This document shows positions 41,137-53,450 of a stretch of DNA of 64,000 nucleotides, piece by piece; position 1 is the stretch's first letter; the number at the start of each line of letters is the position of its first letter. The stretch spans positions 57,040,001 to 57,104,000 of the forward strand of contig OX597825.1 in NCBI GenBank assembly GCA_951406725.2, read 5' to 3'. The notes beneath the pieces were generated by a model. It saw nothing but the letters and a program-made list of their open reading frames with translations, was not told the origin of the DNA and did not search any database. The DNA comes from Octopus vulgaris. Lineage: Eukaryota. The position numbers were made by a program, and so were the translations under genes.

Positions 41137-41566
41137 ATATACATATATATATATACAATGGGCTTCTTTCAGTTTCAGTCTACCAAATCCACTAACAAGG
41201 CTTTGGTCAGCCCAAGGCTATAGTAGAAGACACTTACTTGCCCAAGGTGCCACGCAGTGGGACTCAACCTGGAACCATTTAGTTGGGAAGCAAGCTTCTT
41301 ACTACACAACTACTCCTATATCATGTTTTTTTTTCATTTTATTTGTTTCAATCATCTGACTGTGGCTGTGCTGGAGTACTGCCTTAAAGCATTTTAGTCA
41401 AAGAAATCAACCCTAGGACTTATTCTTTATAGGCCTAGTACTTATTCTATCAGTCTCTTTTGCCAAACTGCTAAGTTATGAGTATGTAAACACACCAACA
41501 TCAGTTGTCAAGCATTGGTGGAGAGACAAACACAGACACAAAGACACACACACATAAGTATACACG

Positions 41567-41598
<32 letters not shown>

Positions 41599-44500
41599 TC
41601 TTTCAGTTTCCATCTACCAAGTCCACACACAAAGCTTTGGTTGGCCTGAGGCTATAGTAGAAGACGCCCAAGACGCCACAGTGGGACTGAATCTGAAACC
41701 ATGTTGGTGGAAAGCAAGCTTCTTACCACACACCCATGCCTGCGCCTATATAATTTTACATTCAGGTATACACTTTGCAGTATGCCGTTTAAAGCTTGTT
41801 CACAATATTCAGCTACCTGTCAACAACAGTCTGGAGGTATATTCCACTGCATTAACTTCAAGAATTCCTTATGTAGATGATGAGTACATCACAAGTACAA
41901 AAATGTATTGATATGTAAACAAGGGAAATGGCATAGAAATCACCTGGGGAGCCATGTCTGCACATGTGATACACCACAAATATTTGTACAGCATCTTATC
42001 TCCAAGCTACCAGTACATGATGGGTTGAAACAAATAGTGTATCATCATCATCATTTAATGTCCACTCTCTATGCTGGCATGGGTTAGATGGTTTGACTAG
42101 AGCTGATGAACCAGAGAGCTGCACCAGGTTCCAGTCTGATTTGACATGGATTCTACAGCTGGATGTCCTTATTAATGCCAACTACTTAGGTGTGTAATGG
42201 GTGCTTTTACATGACACCAGGATTGGCACCCATGCTGGTGGCACATAAAAGCACCCATGTATTTATTTATTTATCTATTTATTTATTTCAGAGAGTGACA
42301 AGTTCAAAAGAAGCTAAGTCCAACCACTTAGAATAAAGAACTCTGAGAATGAATAAAATATTTAAGCCCAAATCATTAGTTCAACAAAACATATTTTGTC
42401 AGAATAATGATATAATTATTATATATAATACCTTTTTATTCCAGCTTGCAATATTGGTCTGCTTTGGTTTAAAGTTGGTAATAACAAGTGTATTTTCTTG
42501 TTTTTTAATGCCTGAAGCTTCATCTAATAAATTTCCCTGGAAAACAAGAAGAAAGTAAAGTTTTAAAAATTAGTTTAAATTTTTAACCATCTTCCTGCTA
42601 ATGTCATGAAATACAGCATCAATATATTGTTATTATTTTTAAGTATTAGTCTTATTATTATTATTCAGCAGTCTATTTTTATTGCATATTTTCATTGCAC
42701 TACCAAGCAGAGCCATGTGTACCTTGGTTATGTGCAATGTTTTGTTTTGATTTTTTGGTTTTTATTGCATTCAAAATATTGTATATAATGTTTATTGTTG
42801 TTGCTATTATTATTATTATTATTATTATTATTGAGTGGAGTAAGTGAGTGAGTAAGGCAGCCAGCTGGAAGAGTCATTAACAAGTTGGGTAAATTGCTCA
42901 ACAGCATTTCATCCATCTTTACATACTGAGTTCAAATTCCACCAAGATCAACTTTGCCTTTCATCTTTTTGGGGTCAATGAAACAAGTACCAGTTGAGCA
43001 CTGGGGTTGATGTAATCGACTAACCTCCTCCCCCAAAACAGCAGGCCCTGTGCCAAAATTTGAAACTATTATTATTATTATTAAGGCAGCAAGTTGCCAG
43101 GATCATCACTCCACCAGACTGTACGTTTGAAAGTATTTCATCCATCTTCACATTCTGAGTTCAAATCAGTGTCAACTTGGTCTTTCATCTTTTTGGGGGT
43201 AGATGAAATAAGTACCAGTTGAAAACTGAGGTCAATATAATCAACAAAATTTCAGGTCTTGTGCCTAAAGTATAAAGGATTATCATTATCATCAAGGCAG
43301 TGAGCTGGCAGAATTGTTAGCGCACTAGACAAAATATTTAGTGGTATTTCGCCCGTTGGTATGTTCTGAGTTCAAATTCCACCAAGGTTGACCTTGCCTT
43401 TCATCGTTTCAGGGTTGATACATTATGTACCAGTGAAACACTGGGGTCAATATAATCGACTAGTCCCCACCCCACAAATTTGAGGCCTCATGCCTCCAGC
43501 AGAAAGGGTTATCATCATCATCATCATTATTATTATTATTATTATTATTATTACAAGGGTTAAGGCGGCGAGCTGGTGGAATCGTAGGCACGCCAGGCAA
43601 AATGTTTAGTGGTATTTCGTCTGTTACTACGTTTTGAGTACAAATTCCACTGAGGTCAACTTTGCCTTTCGTCCTTTTGGGGTTGATAAATTAAGTACCA
43701 GTGAAACACTGGGTTCAAATTAATTGACTAGTTTCCTCCCACCAAATTTCAGGCCTTATGCCTTTAGTAGAAAGGATTATTATCATAACGGTCATGAATG
43801 GTAGAACTGTTTTAGCAATGGATTAAAATATAAATGTTGCATTTAATTACATCTGATCTACATTTTGAGTTCTCCTCTACTTTTCCTCCCCTTGTATGCA
43901 CTACTATTCCCATCCCATCCTTCTGCCATCACATCTACCATAAATTTTTTAAATCCTTCAGAATTGACATTTGCTCGTTATCCTGTTAGGAACAACAAAA
44001 TAAAGAGCCAGGTTTGGGCACAGGTACAGCTCATCCTTATCATCATCATCGTTTTTTTTAGCATCCACTTATCTATTTCTGCACGGGTTAGACAGAGTTT
44101 ATAGAAATAGATTTCCTATGGTCAGATGCCCTACCTGTAGCCAACCGTTACCTGTTGCCAAGCAAGGAAATATTTTTCCCTGGCCAGACATGTTTTCACA
44201 GAACACTACAAATGAATAACACTCCTTGTATGACAGTGGCACTCATTGACAATTATGAGGCTATATCAAGACAAGGAGACACAAACATCATCATCATCAT
44301 CATTTAACATCCATTTTCCATGCTGGCATGGGTTGGACAGTTTGATATGGAGCTGGCCAGCTGGGATCTGTCCAGATTCCAATTGTCAGTTGTAGCAAGG
44401 TTTATATATACACATGGTCTGATCAATAAGTATCCAGACTGTTGCCATAGTAAGAAAGCTAAAGCACGCAGAGTAAAGATTCTTGGCAAAGATTGACCGT

Positions 44501-45928
44501 GAACCCTGCTGTGCATGTGCACTAAGTTTTAACTTCCTAGCTCACTTCTGCTGTTTACAGCAGTGCTTGGGAGGAAGGTATGTAGCATGTAACCATTGCA
44601 TTAACCATGATAGAGAAAGTTATCATGGCGATACCTGCTCAGAGGCCTACACTAAGTTGCAGAAAGTGTATGGAGAGGTGTGTATGAGCTACTCTTACAA
44701 GTGGCTCAGACATTTCCAAGATGGTCAAAACAAATGTCGATATCAACAAACGTTCTGGGAGACCTGCAACCAGCAGAACTGAGAAAAATATCGCAGATGT
44801 GAGTGCAGCTGTGAAGGGAACCATTGAATCACCATCCGTGAGTTATCAGAGGATGTGCAGATTAGTTACAGTTCAGTCCGTTATCTCTGAAGATTTGGGT
44901 ATGAGTTGCATCTGCTAAGTTTGTGCCAAAACTGCATTCAGCTAACCAAAAAGACACTTGAGTTTCAGTTGCACAAGATCTCTTTGATTGTGTCAAGAAT
45001 GATGAAAACTTTTTGAAAACTTTGCACAGGCCTCTGAGCAGGTATCATCAAGCTTCTGATAAAATTTGATGCAGATCCTCAGCTCAACTTTCTCTATCAT
45101 GGTCAAAACAAAGATCACACACTACACACCTTCTAAGCACTGCTGTAAACAGCAAAATTGAGCTAGAACGTTAAAACTTAATGCACATGCGCAGCAAAAT
45201 TCCAGGTCAACCTGTGCCACGTTAAGATGGTGCTTTTTACATACCACCAGCACAGGGAGCTAGTCAGGCGACTCTGGCAGCAACCCACACATGAATGGTG
45301 CTTTTTGCATGCCACCAGCACTGGTAATGGCCACACGTACAATATGATTGTGATTTGATTTGATTTTGACTTACTTGACTACATTTGATTGTGATTTGAT
45401 TTTGATTTACTTGACTCAATGTCACCCAACAATTCAAAGGTACTTTTTAAATAGGCTGGTTATGCAGCACTGGTGTAGGCTACAGCTGTGATCTCACTTT
45501 CCTTGCCAGGTTTTCTCAATCACAGCAAATCTCCAGAGGTCTCGGTTTTTCGCCATTGCCTCTATGAGGCCCAACGTCCAGTGGTCATGCTTCACCACTT
45601 CATCCCATGTCTCCCTCTTCCATGGGTTCCTTTCACTGTTAGAGAGTGACACTTCTTCACAGCACTCATCATCCATACGTAGCACAGTGATCTCTCTTAC
45701 ACACCACATTTGATGCTTCTCATGTCCAACATTTCTCTCAGGGTGCTTACACTCTGTCGTGTGTGCACACTGACATTACACATCCAGTGGATCATATTAG
45801 CTTCATTTCTTTCAACCCTAAACGTGTCCTCAGCAGGCACGGCCCATTTTCACTGCTGTGTAGCATGGCAGTTCACACATACATTGTACAATCTACCTTT
45901 CACGCTGAGCGAGAGGCCCTTTGTCACC

Positions 45929-45969
<41 letters not shown>

Positions 45970-48900
45970 CATTATTCACACACGGTAGTGTGTGAATGTT
46001 CTTAAGGTCAACATTTATTCACTCATGACCACTACTAGGCTTTGTCACTAACTCAGGTTTAAACGAAATTAGATGATGTTTACATTTTTAGATTGGTCAC
46101 ATCCTAAACTACATTTTCAGCAACAAAACTTGACAATTGCTTCAGTAGAAAAAAAATTTCAGTAAAATATATGAGGTCAAAAACAGGAGAGTAACCCCTG
46201 AAATCGACTTTGAGTTCAAATATTTTTTTGTTTTAAAAAGAAATCTATATTTTATTTTAGCTTATATGATGAATCTCGGTAATACGTACGTATTGTCTTC
46301 AAGTCTTTTGATTATACAATTAAAATAGTCATTTTATTTAGTTGAATCAAGTACAAACAATAAAGTATGAAGTTGTAAACAATACTGCAAAATATTTTTT
46401 TTTTCACTTGAATTGAAATCCCATTACAAAAAAAGAAACATTGATTGCAGTAGAATGGTCATTAAATGGTTTCAAATTAACCATATGTTTAGTCAATTCT
46501 TCCACATTAAAAAAATTTAATCTAACAAATCATGAGTAAAATTTATTAGTTAGCATTAATACAGTAGAATTAACCTAATTTGTCTTTGGCTAATTCATTA
46601 CTTCACCTAATTCATCACTTTCAATTTTCTCCTAGGGATGACTAGTCAGGCAAATACTACTGCATTTTTTTAAAACTAATTTTATTTCATTTCAATTTTA
46701 AAATACTGCTTTTTCCAAAAATAAGCCCATAGGCTTAAATAATTTTGCTTAAATATTTTTTGGTGGGGAAAATAATAAAAATTTTTATACTTTCTGAATA
46801 TAAGTCCATAGGCTTAAATTACTGAGGCTATACTTTCTGAATATAAGTCCATAGGCTTAAATTACTGAGGCTATACTTTCTGAAAATAAGTCCATAGGCT
46901 TAAAATAGAATGGGCTTATTTTTGGTAAATGAATGAAATTCATTTCCAATCATCATCATTTAACATCCACTTTCCATGCTGGCATGGGTTGGATGGTTTG
47001 ACATGGAGCTGGTTAGCAGTGAGCTGTCTGAACTCAAATTGTCTGTTGTGGCATGATTTCTATGGCTGGATGCCCTTTTAATGCCAACCGCTTAACAGAG
47101 TTTGCTGGGTGCTTTACACAGCACCGGCATGGGTGCTTTTTAAGTGACTCCAGCATATGAAAGGACAAGCCTGTATGTGTGGAAGACAGCAATTTTACTT
47201 ACCTTGATGCATTTTACCAAGTATAACAAATCGCCATATCTCCCAGTCCCTTGTCATATTGTGCAAAAACATGTCTGGACATTGGGAAATATTACCTTGC
47301 TTAGAAACAGGCACAGATGATGACAGGAGTGTATACACATACATAAACACACGCATATATATACAAATTATCATCATTTTACATCCACTTTCCATGCTGG
47401 CATAAATCAGACAGGTAATCATTTCTTATTATAAGCCCCTGCTCTCACATACAGGTGCTAGTATGTGTTATTCGGTTTGCTTTCTACAACTTGATGCCGT
47501 TCCAATCACCAATCACTTTACAGAGTGCACTGGGTGCATTTGCTATGGCACCAGTATGATAGGGATGGCTAAGTCCTCAGCAAAACAGGTCTAAAGTGAC
47601 TTCGCAGCCCTACACCTTACCTACTCAAGAATAGACTGTGGAAAGAGAACTGTGTGTTCTTGGCCAAGGATGCAAGATACAAACTACCAAAGCACTGATT
47701 AGTTCATCTGTTTCTCTTATGACAATCTAAAGTTGGGCATCACAAGAAAATATGTTGGCTGTTGTCTGAAAGCAATGAATGCAAAGAGAGAATACTTACA
47801 ATTTTCTCCAGCAGCTGGTCATTGGCATCAATGATGTGCTCAAATCTATCTTCTATCTCTGTCGAGCTCTGACTTTCTCCCACAACGCTTCCTTTCACAA
47901 GTTGGTGTTTCATAATGTTTTGAATGCTACAAAAGAAATCACCACCACAATAAACAAAATGGTCAGTAGATGGACATCCTAGCTAGACCATAAAAATATA
48001 TCATGCATAAAGAACTTTTATCAATCATTTACATGGATTTCTATTTCAAATAAATTCATAAATGTTTTAGTCTATAAAAATTCATAAAAAGTTTTTGACC
48101 AGTCTTTTTTTTGTAACTTTATTTTACAGTTTTCACCAGTTCCCAATCATTCAAATTTTCTCAAATTTTTCTGTTTTGTCATTTCTTAAGTTTTTCAGAT
48201 TTCCATATATTTTTTTTTGTTTTCAAAAAAGTTTTTACCTCTTTTGTTTTTACCCCCACTTATCCCTACTTTTATTTTAGTTTTTTCTCAAGTCAGCCCT
48301 TTTCCTTTTTTCGGTTATTTTTAAAGCATGAAATTTAAATATAACTTGGCTACTTCAATAAACTGAAATCACAAAAAGGGAACGGTTTTGAGATTGAATA
48401 TAGAAACAAAAAAGAAACTGAAGCAGAAATAGAAGTTACACACTGAAATCAAATTTGAATTTAACCCTTTAGTATTTAAACCAGCTACATCCAGCCCAAA
48501 TATTCTACCTGTTTTAATTTCAAACCAGCTATATCCAGCCTCTCACACTTACCGTACGATGTCGTTCTAAAACTAAATAGTCACATCATCAAAATCACCA
48601 AGCTATAAGCTAATGCATGATTAATTTAGAACAATGTGGATAAATAAGCATTACATTTGACAGAGTAATCTGAATGCTGAAGGATTAAAACAAAAACTAA
48701 ATTATTTACATTATTTACATTCGATGGATATTTGTCCTCATCTTGTTTTGGCTGATATACCCTCCAACCTTCTTCAGGTGTCTTGGGGAAATTTCAAACA
48801 TGGGTTCTCATTCCTAAGGTATTTTTCAATATTATCATTATTATTATTATTGTTGTTGTTGTTATTATTCAGGTCACTGCTTGGAATTGAACTCGGAATC

Positions 48901-51900
48901 TTGGGTTTAGTAGCTCGTGCTCTTAACCACTACGCCATATGCCTGTGGGCATATGGTATAAGTGGTTAAGGTGTCTTGGGGAAATTTCGAACCCACATTC
49001 GAAATTTCCCCAAGACACCTGAAGAAAGTTGGAAGGTATATCAGTCAAAACGTGTTAACAACAAACACGATGAGGACAAATATCCGTCGAATGTAAATAA
49101 TGTGCATAATTCCTCATCTCTTAAATACAGAACTGCAAAAACTAAATTGTTTTAAGAAATCAAACTGATTTCAAATTACAAATTATTTTAGTCTGTTTTT
49201 TCACTGAATTCTGATTTTAAGTTATATAACACAAATGTTAGATTCTTTTTGCTCGCAATTTGAGTGAGCATCAATTTTATATAAATTTGAACATTTCAAA
49301 CTGTTCAGAAATATATTTGTTTAAGAATCTTTAAAAAGATCAGTTGAACGTGTCCTTGATCTCTCATTTTAAAGATCTTGAGAGATTTTCAGCTCGGCAG
49401 CTTATTTGTATTCAATTATAGTAAAGTGAAGGAAAATATAAGATTAAAGTTGTGACTCTAGCCATGTTGAAGCATTTAATGATCATTTCAGTAACAACTA
49501 CAACAATAATAATAATAATAGTTTCAAATTTTGGCACAAGGCCAGCAATATAAGACAAAGGGGTACATCAATCACATTAACCCCTAATCAACACTAAAAG
49601 GATGAAGGGCAAATTTGACCAAGGCAATATTTGAACTCAGAATGTAAAAGACTGGTAAAAATGCTGCCAAGCATTTTTGTCCAATCTGCTGACAGTTCTA
49701 CTAGCTTAAGGCATTGTTGCTGCTGTTGTTAATAATAACAATAATTCTTTCTATTACAGACACAAGGCCTGAAATTTGGGGGGAGGGGGTAGTCAATTAC
49801 ATTGACCCCTAGTGCTCAACTGGTACTTATTTTAATGACCCTGAAAGGATGAAAGGCAAAGTCAACCATAATAATAATAATAATAATAATAATGATAATA
49901 GTTTCAAATTTTGGCACAAGGCCAGCAATTTCAGGAGAGGGGTAAGTTGATTATGTCAACCCCAGTGCTTGACTGGTACTTATTTTATCAACCCCCTAAA
50001 ATGATGAAGGGCAAAGAATGACCCAGGCAATATTTCAACCCAGAATGTAAAAGGCTGGCAGAAATGCTGTTAAGCATTTTGCCCAAAGTGCTAATGATTC
50101 AACAGGCTTACAGCATTGTTGTTGTTAATAATAATAATGATGATGACAATAAAATTAATGAAAATCCTGCTCACATATGTAGTATACGTTTGCCTTCAAT
50201 TTCCATGATTTCTTGGAAACCTGGAAAACTGGAATAGAAGTCATAGTCATCTCCCTCAGCAGGCAGCGCATTTGATGATTTCACACATTGAAGAACAGTC
50301 TGGAGAACTTTCTACAAAAAATGAAACAAAAACAGGAAATTACGATTCAGCTTCCACTACTTACTGTTGCATAATAATATAACAGACAATTCTTTGTAGT
50401 ACTCAATACACAGTGTAAGAAGACTTTATTACCTTTTTTCTACATTAATCTAGGTCCAGGCATAGCTGTGTAGGTAAGAAGCATTCTTTGCAACTACATG
50501 GTTTCAAGTTTAATCCTAGTGTGGTACCTTGGGCAAAGGTCTCTTACAATATCTCCAAGACAACCAAAACTCCGAGAGTGGATTTGATAAATGGAAAGTG
50601 AAATAAGACTGCTATATGTGTGCGTGTGCAAGAGAGAAAGCATATATATATATATGAGGGCACCCAACCATAGAAACCAAGCTAAATCAGACTGGGGTCT
50701 GATCCAATTCTCCAGCTTGCCAGCTCTGGTCAAATCATCTAACCCCTACTAGCATGAAAAACGGACATTAAATGATGATGATGATGATGTATGTATATGT
50801 GTGTGAGTGTGTGTATATTTGTCTCCTTGTTTTGACATTATGAGATTTCTGTAAATAATGCCTGGCCATGAGGAAATATTGCCTTGCTTAGACACAAGTG
50901 AGGATTGGTGGCTGAAAGAGCATCCAGCCATAGAAAATCTGCCTCAATAAACTCCATCTAACCCAAGCAAGCAAGGAAAAATGGGTGTTAAAACAATGAT
51001 GACAATGATGAGATTAAAAATATCAAATCCTCCAGGTACTAAATTACCAGCTTTAAAGGTGGTCTCAGATTCAAAATCAACAAAACTGATCTAAGTGGTT
51101 TCCCATAGTTTTTGTCAGTTCTTATCCATTGTAACTACCCTCACATACATTATGAAACCATGTCTTATTCACAGTTGCCACTTTTGAAATGGTTTCTAAG
51201 GATGGATGTCCTCAATATTGCTTTCAAATTTTGGCACAGGACCAACAAGTTCAGGGGAGGGGATAAGCCAACTGCACCACTACCAGTCCTCAACTGGTAC
51301 TTATGTTACTAACTCTGAAAGGACAAAAGAAAAAGTCAAGCTTGGCAGAATTTGAACTCAGAACATTAAAGATGGACAAATTGTCACTAAGCATTTTGCT
51401 TGACATGCTAAAGATCCTGCCAGCTCACCACCTTAGACGCCTTCAATACTGACCAACCATTTTACAGAGTGTTTTGTGTGCATGCTATTGTGGCTCCAGC
51501 ACAAAATAGGTTGTCATGTCCCTAGCAAGAATAAAGAATCCTCTCTATGTTGTCTCTGTTTGTTCATTGACCAGTACCAGAGAGGTAAGATTAAAGAGAG
51601 TTGCCTCTTCACTGCTCTGTGTTATCTCCATTTGTCCTTTTTCTTATCTACACAAGAGGACCAAAACGAGAGGGTGATAGAAGAGAGACTAATAGAAAAG
51701 AGAGTGAGGGAATGACAAGATGCATGACAACTGTTGCTAATGAGATCAGATAGAAACATCATAGAGAGGAGTGTAATAGAAGAGAAAGTGATATACTCCT
51801 ACATAATGGCTGTCAGCTAGGAGATTGGATAGAAACAGAAAGATTGATATGATAGTAGAGAAGAGAGAGTGATAGAAATACTGGAAGATGAAGAGCATAA

Positions 51901-53411
51901 TGGGAGAGAGAAGGAGAGTGAAGGATGGAGTAATGTGAGAAATATTAATGGATAGCAGGAAAATGGGTGACGGAATGGGGGTAAAGCAACATTATTATCA
52001 ATATGTAGTGAGTAATGAGAGAGAAAAGGGTGATAGTAAGCAAAGACAATAGATGATTGTAAGAGGAACTCAATACAGAGCCCCAACACATTGCTATTTC
52101 TTGTTACACAAGTGCCATGATGGGAAAGAGATAAAGTCCTAATAGGGAGGTACTCTGATAGAGGAGTAGAATGAGTGAGAGATGAGAGAGCAATGAACAC
52201 AGTGGGAGATGGTAGATGTTCTACAGAAGGATGCCCTTCCTGTTACCAACATTCACCTTTTTCCAAAGTTATATTTCCCCTTAACCAGAAATGTTCTCAC
52301 AGTATTTTGTAAATGAATGACACTAAATGTTATGTCAAAACAAGGAGATACACACTCACACACACACACATACACACACACATACATACATACATACATA
52401 CATATATAGGCGCAAGCATGGCTGTGTGGTAAGAATCTTGCTTCCCAGCCACAAGGTTCTGGATTCAGTGCCACTGTGTGGCACTTTGGGCAAATGCTTT
52501 CTACTGTACCCCCGGGTCAACCAAAGCCTTGTGAGTGGATCTGATAAATGGAAACTGTATGTATATATATATGAATGTATTTATGTGTGTGTGTGTCTGT
52601 TTCTTCCCCGCTCCCACCACCATCACTTGACAACCAATGCTGGTGAGTTTATGTCTCTGTAACTTAGCAGTTTGGCAGAAGGAACTGATAGAATAAGTAC
52701 TAGGTTTACAAAGAATAAGTCCTGAGGTCAATTTCTTCAACTAAAACTCTTTAAGGTGGTGCTCTAGCATGGCCACAGTCAAAATGACTGAAATAAGTAA
52801 AAGAATAAAAGAATATATAAGGTGCATGGATTAGTGGTTAAGGTACTGCACTCATGATTGCTAGATCATGGGTTCAGTTCCCCGACTGGGTAGCACATTG
52901 TGTTCTTGAGCAAAACACTTCATTTCATGTTGCTCTGTGGGTGGGGAGTGGCAGAATTGTTGTCACATTGGTGGAGATGCTTTACACTATATCTTCCAGC
53001 TTTCTCAATCAGAGTTCAAATCTCACTTGCCTGGAGAAGGCAACAGGGAACCACTCCAGCATTCAACCCAAGATTGCTCATGGTAACCAAAGTTATAACG
53101 ATTTACATAAAGGTGGAAGGGGAGAGTACAGGCCCTCTCAGGTCGTACAGAAAGTGCTGGAGAAGGTTCATATGCACAGTACCTGTCCAAGGGCAGACCA
53201 CCACAAGATCTCTATCACCATCATCATTTAATGTCCAGTTTCCATGCTGGCATGCATTAGACAGTTTGACTGGAACTGCACCAGATTCCAATTTGATTTG
53301 GCTTAGTTTTTATACCTGAATGCCCTTCTTAACACCAACCACTCCAAGAGTATAATGGGTGTTTTTTATGTGCCACCAGCACGGGTGCCATTTACATGAC
53401 ACCTGCAATGG

Positions 53412-53450
<39 letters not shown>

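Noticed and set aside
51817-53319. ORFs of 111-139 aa
   Set aside because: Overlap SINEs and purine-rich low-complexity DNA; no recognisable domain or splice pattern
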